Source of the DNA: Crocinitomicaceae bacterium
GTDB lineage: Bacteria > Bacteroidota > Bacteroidia > Flavobacteriales_D > Crocinitomicaceae
Reading direction: 5' to 3'
Assembly: GCA_022425625.1 (NCBI GenBank)
Contig: JAKMFD010000002.1
Location: 1-59,428 of the forward strand
DNA length: 59,428 nt
Shown here one piece after another: positions 1-7,137 of the stretch; position 1 is the first letter of the stretch; each line of letters opens with the position of its first letter. Under the pieces are notes generated by a model. That model was not told the origin of the DNA. It searched no databases and saw nothing but the letters and a program-made list of their open reading frames with translations. The translations under genes were made by a program, and so were the position numbers.

Positions 1-120
1 AATGGGAATAAACAAATACAAAACGATAATTCCTGAATAGGCCAATATACCACTACTGTTGAAACTTATAAGTGCCAGTAAGGGCGTGAAATATACGCCA
101 AAATATTTCAATTTATTCAT
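1..120 (-). CDS. First 40 codons of a membrane protein that runs off the window. The N-terminus resembles AlkB-type alkane 1-monooxygenase / membrane fatty-acid desaturase family proteins of Flavobacteria.
   Basis: This ORF is absent from the track because it is open at the window edge. The reverse complement of 1-120 reads ATG (118-120) then MNKLKYFGVYFTPLLALISFNSSGILAYSGIIVLYLFIPI with no stop. It is strongly hydrophobic. The family call rests only on my recall of similar AlkB N-termini. Confidence 0.4.
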   Translation of the reverse strand, partial: MNKLKYFGVYFTPLLALISFNSSGILAYSGIIVLYLFIPI

Positions 121-294
121 GAGTATGAGAGTTTCATTAAAGTTATGAAAAATTCAATAATAGATTTTCATACTTATTAAGTGCAGCCTTTTAGAATATT
201 CTGTAGTATTTGTATCTTGCCTTGCAAGACACCGATAAGTTTGAAGTGTTATTTTTAATTTACTTATACGATTGCTAAGACAAATTACTAAAAA

Positions 295-900
295 ATGAAA
301 AAAAAATTAATCTTACTAGCCATTACTTTTGGTCTACATCAATCAATACAAGCACAAGTGATTACATGTGTTCCATGTGATCAATTAGGTATGGTTATGA
401 ATGTAGGTTCTTCAGAAAATTCTATCAGTATTTATCATTCAGGTCAATATATGACGCACCCTCAATCAGAAAATATTTTTATGTGGGAGTTTACAAATCA
501 ACAAGGAAATATAGTACATCAGGATATTTTAGTTGATGAAGCTACGATAACTTTTGGTCATAATTGGTCACTTACTGATACAATTAATGTTTCCGTACAT
601 TTTGTGAATGATTCGGCTAATTTGGATGCTTGGTATATAAATCAAGGCTTGTCACCAAGTGGTAATTCAATTAACTGTCTTTTTGAGGATCAAATATATT
701 GGGAAACAGGTGCGAATACTCCATGGGGAAGTTGGACATTTGTTTATAATAATTCCGGTTTAACGGTAGGAATTGATGAAATAGAAACAAATCCAATTTA
801 CGATAACAAAATATATGATATGCTTGGACGAGAATTAAAAGAAGTTCCTATTGGTCAACCTTATATTCAGAATGGGAAAAAGAAGATAATACTTAATTGA
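295..900 (+). CDS. Secreted protein of unknown function with a signal peptide and a probable T9SS type A C-terminal sorting domain.
   Basis: The N-terminus MKKKLILLAITFGLHQSIQAQ is a typical signal peptide. The C-terminus ...IYDMLGRELKEVPIGQPYIQNGKKKIILN resembles the Por_Secre_tail consensus. Confidence 0.6.
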   Translation: MKKKLILLAITFGLHQSIQAQVITCVPCDQLGMVMNVGSSENSISIYHSGQYMTHPQSENIFMWEFTNQQGNIVHQDILVDEATITFGHNWSLTDTINVSVHFVNDSANLDAWYINQGLSPSGNSINCLFEDQIYWETGANTPWGSWTFVYNNSGLTVGIDEIETNPIYDNKIYDMLGRELKEVPIGQPYIQNGKKKIILN

Positions 901-969
901 GAACCAAATTAATTTAACTTGGGAAATGTTTTCCAAGAAAAAAATATATTTTTAAAGAAAATTAAGATC

Positions 970-1212
970 ATGAAAAAATTAGTAAACCTTTTTCCAATTG
1001 CTTTAGCAATATTCTTTTTTTCGTCTTGTAATAAGTGCAAGGACTGCAGTTGTTCACAAACAATTACCCAAGATGGACAGACATATACGCAATCCGTTGA
1101 ATACACAGATGTTTGTGATGAAGACCTTGACAATATTCAGGGAACAATCAGCTTTACGCAAAATGTCGGCGGGATTGAACAATCTGTTGAGCAAACGTGT
1201 ACGTGTAAATAG
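970..1212 (+). CDS. Small cysteine-rich lipoprotein of unknown function.
   Basis: I prefer the internal ATG at 970 (MKKLVNLFPIALAIFFFSSC, a lipobox-like signal ending in Cys) to the track start at 919. The mature part of about 60 aa has 8 Cys. A strong terminator follows. Confidence 0.55.
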   Translation: MKKLVNLFPIALAIFFFSSCNKCKDCSCSQTITQDGQTYTQSVEYTDVCDEDLDNIQGTISFTQNVGGIEQSVEQTCTCK

Positions 1213-1240
1213 CTTATTATCTACCTAAGTTTTTACTTCA

Positions 1241-1266
1241 ACCCACTGATTTGAGTGGGTTTTTTT
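1241..1266 (+). terminator. Rho-independent terminator after the small lipoprotein gene.
   Basis: A 7-bp stem, acccact (1241-1247) paired with agtgggt (1254-1260), has a 6-nt loop and is followed by T6 (1261-1266). Confidence 0.75.
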
Positions 1267-1267
1267 G

Positions 1268-1339
1268 TGGCTCCACCAGGAATCGAACCTGGATCTAAAG
1301 TTTAGGAAACTTCTATTCTATCCATTGAACTATGGAGCC
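1268..1339 (-). tRNA. tRNA-Arg (anticodon CCT).
   Basis: The reverse complement GGCTCCATAGTTCAATGGATAGAATAGAAGTTTCCTAAACTTTAGATCCAGGTTCGATTCCTGGTGGAGCCA folds as a 72-nt cloverleaf. The acceptor stem is GGCTCCA/TGGAGCC, the anticodon stem is GAAGT/ACTTT with loop TTCCTAA, and the T arm is CCAGG-TTCGATT-CCTGG. Confidence 0.85.
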
Positions 1340-2447
1340 TTGATGAATTTTTCTAATGTCTGCCATGTTTGCTTTGCAGCTTTATCCCAATTGTAATCTT
1401 GGGATTTCTTGTATCCTCTTTTGATTAAAGTTTCACGCAATAGTTCATCCTCAGAAATGATTTCTAATTTCTCTGCAATATCATTTACATTAAAAGGGTC
1501 AAAAATAATGCGGCATCACCTGCGACTTCAGGGAGGCATGTTTTGTTACTTGAAAGTACGGGGACACCTGATTTCATAGCTTCAATTAAAGGTATTCCAA
1601 ATCCTTCAAAATAAGGCGGGTAAACAAAAGCAAAGGCACCAGCCATGATTTTGCTCAACGCTTCGAGCTCGACATGCCCTGTGAAACCAACAGCATTCGA
1701 AATACTATTGGGTATGACAAGCTTTTTATCACCCCACATATTGCTACCAACAATCAGTAATTGGAATGTGTTATTTTTTTGGTAGAACTGCTCAAATGCC
1801 ATGACTAGCCTTTGTATATTTTTACGAGGATGAATGGAGCCTACAAATACAAAGTATTTTTTCCCATTCGTATATTTGCTTCTACAATCGCTGCGTTCAG
1901 CATCGTTTGAAGGCTTAAATATTTCAGAGACCCCGTTGTGTATAACACTTATTTTCTTGTTATCAATACCATAGGCTCTTATTAAATCCTTCTTGGAAAA
2001 TTCTGACACGGTTAGAATATGTTGTGCCTTTTGGGCAAATAGCGGATAGAATTTTCTGTAATACCAGCCAACAAGTTTCGGCGTGTCTTTAGGATAATGC
2101 TCAAAGTTAATGTCATGAATCGTAATGACTTGAGGAATGCTTGATTTAGTCGAACAAATACCATCCGGTGACCAAAATAGATCTGCTTTATACTTCCGAA
2201 GTGCTCTTGGAAGTGAAAATTTGGCCCAGAAAATATTCAAAAAAGGATGTCTAGTTGGTGGCGAGACAATAATGGGTTTACAGTTCTCAGAGAATATAAA
2301 TGATGAATCGTAGGGCCTATCAAATAATAATAGAAAAGTGTACTCAGGATTATCCTTACATATCCTTTGGATGAGCTCAAGGGAATAATTCCCAAACCCC
2401 TCAAGTTTTCCTTTAATGAGGTTCCTACAATTTATTGCTACGTTCAA
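1330..2447 (-). pseudogene. Family 1 (GT4-type) glycosyltransferase interrupted by a -1 frameshift in a homopolymer run (A5 on the plus strand at 1501-1505).
   Basis: Track ORF 1485..2516 ends ...GDAALFLTLLM*. The next frame continues without a stop as DPFNVNDIAEKLEIISEDELLRETLIKRGYKKSQDYNWDKAAKQTWQTLEKFIKAP* and ends at 1330. Adding one T restores the canonical GT1 C-terminus ...AALFFDPFNV.... The likely true start is TTG at 2447, just after the upstream stop at 2450, because the track N-terminus overlaps the MBL gene. Confidence 0.7.
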
Positions 2448-2449
2448 AT

Positions 2450-3097
2450 TTAAAACTGATGGATATAATTCGATTCTTTTTCCTGTCCTATTGTTGTTTC
2501 TGGTCCATGACCACAATAAACAGTGGTGTTTTCAGGGAGCTTAAACATAAGCTCAAAAATAGAATTTTTTAGTGTATTTATATCTCCCCCTGGTAAATCG
2601 ACTCTACCAAAGCTTCCATTAAAAAGCACATCACCATTAATAACAAATGAATTTGCTTCATTATAAAAAACAACATGTCCTGGTGCATGACCAGGCGTAA
2701 AATAAACCTTAAAGTCAATATCTTGGAAAATAATGTCTGTGTTGTCTTCCAAAAAGAAATCAGGATCAGGAGATTCTTTGTAAGCCTGGAATCCATACAA
2801 GGCCGCATAGTTCTTTACAGATTTTAGTGTTGCTAAATCCTTTTCATGAAGGTAAAGTGGGATGTTGAATTTTTCTTTTACCGCAGCGTTTCCTAATATA
2901 TGATCAATGTGTGCATGTGTATTTAGAAGGGCCAAAGGGCGCAGATTATTCGATGCTATATATTCAAAAAGTGTATTTTCTTCATGAGATTCATAGCAGC
3001 CAGGATCAATGATGACACAATTTTTAGTTGGTGAGATAACGAGATATGTATTTTCTTGAAATCCATTAAATTGAAATGAAACGACCTTTAAACTCAT
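2450..3097 (-). CDS. MBL-fold metallo-hydrolase (glyoxalase II / hydroxyacylglutathione hydrolase-like).
   Basis: It carries the HAHIDH metal-binding motif. Its length and downstream His/Asp pattern are typical of the metallo-beta-lactamase fold. Confidence 0.85.
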   Translation of the reverse strand: MSLKVVSFQFNGFQENTYLVISPTKNCVIIDPGCYESHEENTLFEYIASNNLRPLALLNTHAHIDHILGNAAVKEKFNIPLYLHEKDLATLKSVKNYAALYGFQAYKESPDPDFFLEDNTDIIFQDIDFKVYFTPGHAPGHVVFYNEANSFVINGDVLFNGSFGRVDLPGGDINTLKNSIFELMFKLPENTTVYCGHGPETTIGQEKESNYIHQF

Positions 3098-3107
3098 AAT
3101 TTTTACT

Positions 3108-6100
3108 TTACCTAATCAAGTTAACGTGACCACTCAATTGATATTGTTTGTTCACGAAATCTGTATAGGTGAGCTTCCAAATATAGGTTCCATCTTGACA
3201 AGGTTTACCCAAGTATGTGCCATCCCAAGTTTGATAAGGTTCAGACATTGTGTGTAATAATTCACCCCAACGGTTAAAGATTAGACATTCCATTTCTTTA
3301 AGATTTCCTCCAGAAATTTGAAAGGTTTCGTTGAGTCCGTTATTGTCAGGTGTGAATGTATTTGGTACATAAACAACAGCGTCGTAGGTAATATTTATAA
3401 ATTCATCCGACGAGCATCCATCTGTATTCGTAAATGTTACTTTGTATGTGATTTCTTGATTAGGTGTAGCAATAGGGTTTTGACAATGAATGCAAGTTAG
3501 GTACTCTGCAGGTGTCCAAATGTAGCTTCCTGTTTGTTCAGAAAATGCACTGAGTTGAATTTGATCCCCATAAAAAGCCAAAACGTCATTTGATGTTTCA
3601 AATGAGGGATAAGGAAATAGTGAAACATTAACGAATGCGGTATCTCGACATTCGTTTTCATCAATTCCAATAACCGTATATTCTGTACTGCTCAGTGGTA
3701 TGACGGTGACCTCATTCGCAAATTGACTGACCACTGTATTTTCAGGAAACCATTGGTAGAAGTTTGCTCCTTCGGCCCATAAGTAAGCTTCTTCTTTTGG
3801 GCAAATTATAGTATCGTTACCGGCCTGAATTTCAATTTCTATAACATTCGCAAATATGGAATCTAAAATAACCCCACAAGCATTGCCGATTTCAACGTAA
3901 AACCATTGGTTCTGTGTGGGAGCGATCACGGCTATGGGTCCATCAGAATTAATAAGATTAGGATCAGGCAACCATTGATATGTGTCTCCTCCATTTGCAA
4001 TAATTGCGGCTTGCCCACCTAAACAGACACCTATTTCATCATCCATTTCAGGATTGGGAGGTTCAAAGTATACTTCAACGGTCGTTGTGTCATAGTTCAC
4101 GCATCCATTCGAAGTTGTTATCGTCGCTACATAGGTTATCGTGGAGTCTGGGGTGCACGTTGGTGTAAATGAATTTGGGTTGTCTAAAAAAGTTGTGGGG
4201 CTCCATGTGACGGTTCCTTCTCCCGTAACCTCTAATGTCAAACTGTTTCCTAAACACAAACTTGTTTCCTCAGATATTCCAATACTATTATTAAAGACTT
4301 CTAAGGTGACCTCTAAAGTTTGTGAGCCGCAAGTGTCAGACACAGTAACAGAAAAAGTTGTGGTTTCATCAACTGTAGCAATAGGATTTGAAATGTTTGG
4401 GTCGTCCAATAAATTTGCAGGTTCCCATTCGTAAAATGCTCCACCGTAGGCTTCAAGCTCATAGCTGGAACCAGGACAAATCGGGGTTAGAGGTTCAACA
4501 ACACCGCCTTCGAATGCTCCAATGTTAACAAAAATAGTTACAGAATCAGAACTAAAGCATCCAGACGTATCAGAAACGACAAGCTGAACTTCATAGGTTC
4601 CTGGCTCGCTATATTGGTAAATCGGTTCCTCTTCTGTTGAGGAGCCCCCATCTCCAAAAGTCCATAAATAAGCATTTCCGTTTTGGCTATCATTTTGGAA
4701 AAACACGGATTGAGGAATACAGATTAAGGGCGCAGGTTGCGCCGCTGCCGCTTCAATGGTACTGAGTTCAAATTTAAATGTAGCCATGTTGCAGTTCGAA
4801 CCTTGATTTGTTTCAGCAAAAGCCCCGGGTGTTGTCGTAAATCCTGTTGGATTTCCCCCGCAAGCGCCACAAACTGCATGATATATGCGTCCTGATTTAT
4901 CAAAACGGCTTGTCCCACCATCGACATGATTAGAGCTGCTATTCATGCCTCCCATGAACGTCGCATATTTCAAATTTGCCGCATCTTGACCTAAAACCGC
5001 TATATAAAAGTTACTTCCATTTGTTTCACTTTGGTGCGCATCACTGGTGACTAAAAACCCGTTTGTTGACGAATTTGGAAGTATACCTTGATTTAGTGTC
5101 CCTCCCCATCCTGCAAGATATATATCATAACAATCAGAGACTAGAAATGCAGTGGGTGAAATTTCTACATTTCCCGTACCAGCTCCTATCATTGTCGTCC
5201 ACTCAATGTTAGTTAATGACGCATCATATTTTCTAACAAATTGCCCGGAGTTTGGTGAACCAAAACATCCGTTTGTAATGGGCCAAGAGGATTCTGTTTG
5301 CCCATAAACGTATATATTGTTGTCTATATCATATTGCACAAAGTAGGCTTGGTCATATTCAACAGATCCCATGTAAGTACCGGAAATCAAACTACCCGTG
5401 TTTGCATTAAACTTAGCAATATAACCATCCGATATTCCTCCATCAAAGGTCAGGTCGTTTCCTTGCGTAAAAAGACTGCTTGAATTTGTACCTCCAGCTA
5501 TGCATAATTCACCGAGTTCATCATTTACTTGAATTGAATTACCAGACTCTAAACCAATACCTCCGAAGTAGGTACTCCAAGAAAGTTCATTTAATCCTGG
5601 TGGCATTTTAAAAAGGACAGCATCTTGAATACCACTTAGGCTTGATTGATTTGGATTGCTTAATGGAAAATCAGAGGAGTATGTTGTACTGGCAACATAA
5701 ACATTGTTGCTAGCATCCAACATGATCTCTCCACGAAACTGATCTCCATAATTCATGTGTAAATCATCTAGATTTAAACCATCATTATTAGTGCCGCCGA
5801 GGTATGTTGATGCTAATAAATTGGCACCGGATGGACTGAGTCTTGCGATGTAAATATCAGTTCCCGAAAAACTAATACTATTCTCTGTTACGGATGGTCC
5901 ACCTCCTAGTATATTGTCGAAAGAAGCACCGGCCATTGGGAAATCAGTAGAACCGGTAACACCATAGATGAACAATTCTCCATTATCAGCACAGACCAAA
6001 CTATGAGGGGTCTCATTTCCGCTACCACCAATATAGGTTGAATAGAGTAGCGCAGTTCCCTGAGCATTAAACTTTGTAATGCCTATGTCTGTAGCAATGT

Positions 6101-6971
6101 TTCCTTGACCTCCTTGATAAGTCACGTCATATGCTCCTGTGGTCACAGGGTATTGAGATCCCATTACAATGCTCCCACCAAATAAGTTCCCGTATATGTC
6201 AGGGGTTGCAGTAAAACCCCAATTGTCAGAGATTGCACCTGAAAAAGTTGAAAAAGTTAAGCTCGGATCAATATAAATTGATTTTGAGTTATCGTATCCC
6301 TCCGGAAAATAAAATGAGAATTCTTCATCAATTTGTTGAAATGAAACAGGGACTGAAGACTTACGCCCTAAAGAATCTATTTCCCATGCCTTTGGAGCAG
6401 ATTGTCTAATTTCTCCAAATCGATTTTTAACAATTAATTGGTCATTTATGATACGTACATCCTTCGTGCCTTCAAATATCCATTTGATTTTAGAAAGATC
6501 TGCACCCGGTTCGATTAGAAAATTGTAGCTCAACTGACCTTCTTCCCCTTTATAAAGTAAGTCTATCCCCGCATAAAAGTCAGTAAATTCAACCTCATTA
6601 TATGAATAGATGTGGTGCTTCCATTTTGACGAATCTGTTCCGATTATATAATTTTTGTAATCAAAAGATGGGTTTGATTTTGTATGACTAGGAACTTCAT
6701 TGTGGCCTATAAATTTTTGATGAATTGTATGAATATTTTTTACATGCGAAATGTGGCTATCCTGTTCGTCCTCATGTTCGTGGTCATGTAACATAAAATC
6801 CGTTAGATAGAAATATAAACCGTCGTCCTGGATATACAATTTCCCTAAATCTAGTTCTACAGAATATTGAATACGGTCATCCCACTGCCCCTTATTTGGG
6901 GTCATCCAAACCTTTTGCGCAATGAACGTCGAGGCACAAAAGAGCATAGAAATTAGGGAGAAGAGTCTCAT
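3108..6971 (-). CDS. Large secreted adhesin-like protein with beta-propeller (SBBP-like) repeats, a PKD domain, five Ig-like Cys-containing modules and a T9SS type B (gliding-motility-associated) C-terminal domain.
   Basis: It has a signal peptide. Motifs of the form YSTY(I/L)GG recur. The PKD signature is WTFGDGGSS...GTYEVQLVVSD. The C-terminus VYVPNTFTPDNNGLNETF...NRWGELL...WDGTY...DGTYIWKL...GHVNLIR matches the type B sorting domain. Confidence 0.85.
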   Translation of the reverse strand: MRLFSLISMLFCASTFIAQKVWMTPNKGQWDDRIQYSVELDLGKLYIQDDGLYFYLTDFMLHDHEHEDEQDSHISHVKNIHTIHQKFIGHNEVPSHTKSNPSFDYKNYIIGTDSSKWKHHIYSYNEVEFTDFYAGIDLLYKGEEGQLSYNFLIEPGADLSKIKWIFEGTKDVRIINDQLIVKNRFGEIRQSAPKAWEIDSLGRKSSVPVSFQQIDEEFSFYFPEGYDNSKSIYIDPSLTFSTFSGAISDNWGFTATPDIYGNLFGGSIVMGSQYPVTTGAYDVTYQGGQGNIATDIGITKFNAQGTALLYSTYIGGSGNETPHSLVCADNGELFIYGVTGSTDFPMAGASFDNILGGGPSVTENSISFSGTDIYIARLSPSGANLLASTYLGGTNNDGLNLDDLHMNYGDQFRGEIMLDASNNVYVASTTYSSDFPLSNPNQSSLSGIQDAVLFKMPPGLNELSWSTYFGGIGLESGNSIQVNDELGELCIAGGTNSSSLFTQGNDLTFDGGISDGYIAKFNANTGSLISGTYMGSVEYDQAYFVQYDIDNNIYVYGQTESSWPITNGCFGSPNSGQFVRKYDASLTNIEWTTMIGAGTGNVEISPTAFLVSDCYDIYLAGWGGTLNQGILPNSSTNGFLVTSDAHQSETNGSNFYIAVLGQDAANLKYATFMGGMNSSSNHVDGGTSRFDKSGRIYHAVCGACGGNPTGFTTTPGAFAETNQGSNCNMATFKFELSTIEAAAAQPAPLICIPQSVFFQNDSQNGNAYLWTFGDGGSSTEEEPIYQYSEPGTYEVQLVVSDTSGCFSSDSVTIFVNIGAFEGGVVEPLTPICPGSSYELEAYGGAFYEWEPANLLDDPNISNPIATVDETTTFSVTVSDTCGSQTLEVTLEVFNNSIGISEETSLCLGNSLTLEVTGEGTVTWSPTTFLDNPNSFTPTCTPDSTITYVATITTSNGCVNYDTTTVEVYFEPPNPEMDDEIGVCLGGQAAIIANGGDTYQWLPDPNLINSDGPIAVIAPTQNQWFYVEIGNACGVILDSIFANVIEIEIQAGNDTIICPKEEAYLWAEGANFYQWFPENTVVSQFANEVTVIPLSSTEYTVIGIDENECRDTAFVNVSLFPYPSFETSNDVLAFYGDQIQLSAFSEQTGSYIWTPAEYLTCIHCQNPIATPNQEITYKVTFTNTDGCSSDEFINITYDAVVYVPNTFTPDNNGLNETFQISGGNLKEMECLIFNRWGELLHTMSEPYQTWDGTYLGKPCQDGTYIWKLTYTDFVNKQYQLSGHVNLIR

Positions 6972-7107
6972 TTAGTCTAAGTTACAACGAAAAAAAAACA
7001 TTTCTATTATATAAACACATTGTTGGTCAATAAGTTGCCTGAAAAGACATCCTATAATCCACCGAACTTGTATGTCTTCTTGCTTTTTCGTTCCTTTGTA
7101 CACTTCA

Positions 7108-7129
7108 CTATACCAAAACTATACCAAAA
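7108..7129 (+). repeat. Perfect 11-bp tandem direct repeat (ctataccaaaa x2), 8 nt upstream of the carboxypeptidase start codon.
   Basis: Read directly from the sequence: 7108-7118 equals 7119-7129. Confidence 0.9.
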
Positions 7130-7137
7130 AAAACTAC

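Noticed and set aside
909-1133. Short or medium ORFs in the track that are embedded in, or antisense to, longer genes. Examples are 909-1133, 2578-2808, 3318-3500, 4141-4434, 4724-4927, 5298-5483, 8078-8368, 10428-10775, 12342-12647, 16812-17114, 17346-17582, 18281-18800, 19284-19673, 26455-26886, 29610-29982, 31477-31773, 35535-35858, 40954-41376, 43018-43278, 44329-44706, 50806-51298, 53237-53446 and 55083-55729.
   Set aside because: Each overlaps a longer ORF that has strong family motifs. Their translations are low-complexity or compositionally odd, which is typical of shadow ORFs in AT-rich DNA.
1268-1339. The tRNA genes (tRNA-Arg 1268-1339 and tRNA-Pro 11754-11828), considered as possible integration hot-spots for genomic islands.
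   Set aside because: There is no integrase, no direct repeat of a tRNA 3' end and no phage or conjugation gene nearby. The flanking genes are ordinary chromosomal genes.
7020-7137. N-terminal extensions proposed by the track, for example 7072 for the carboxypeptidase, 24104 for CotH, 919 for the lipoprotein, 21505, 44688, 47221, 48677, 33496 and 20461.
   Set aside because: In each case an internal ATG gives a canonical signal peptide, lipobox or family N-terminus. Several of the long forms use TTG or GTG starts, or overlap candidate -7 promoter boxes.
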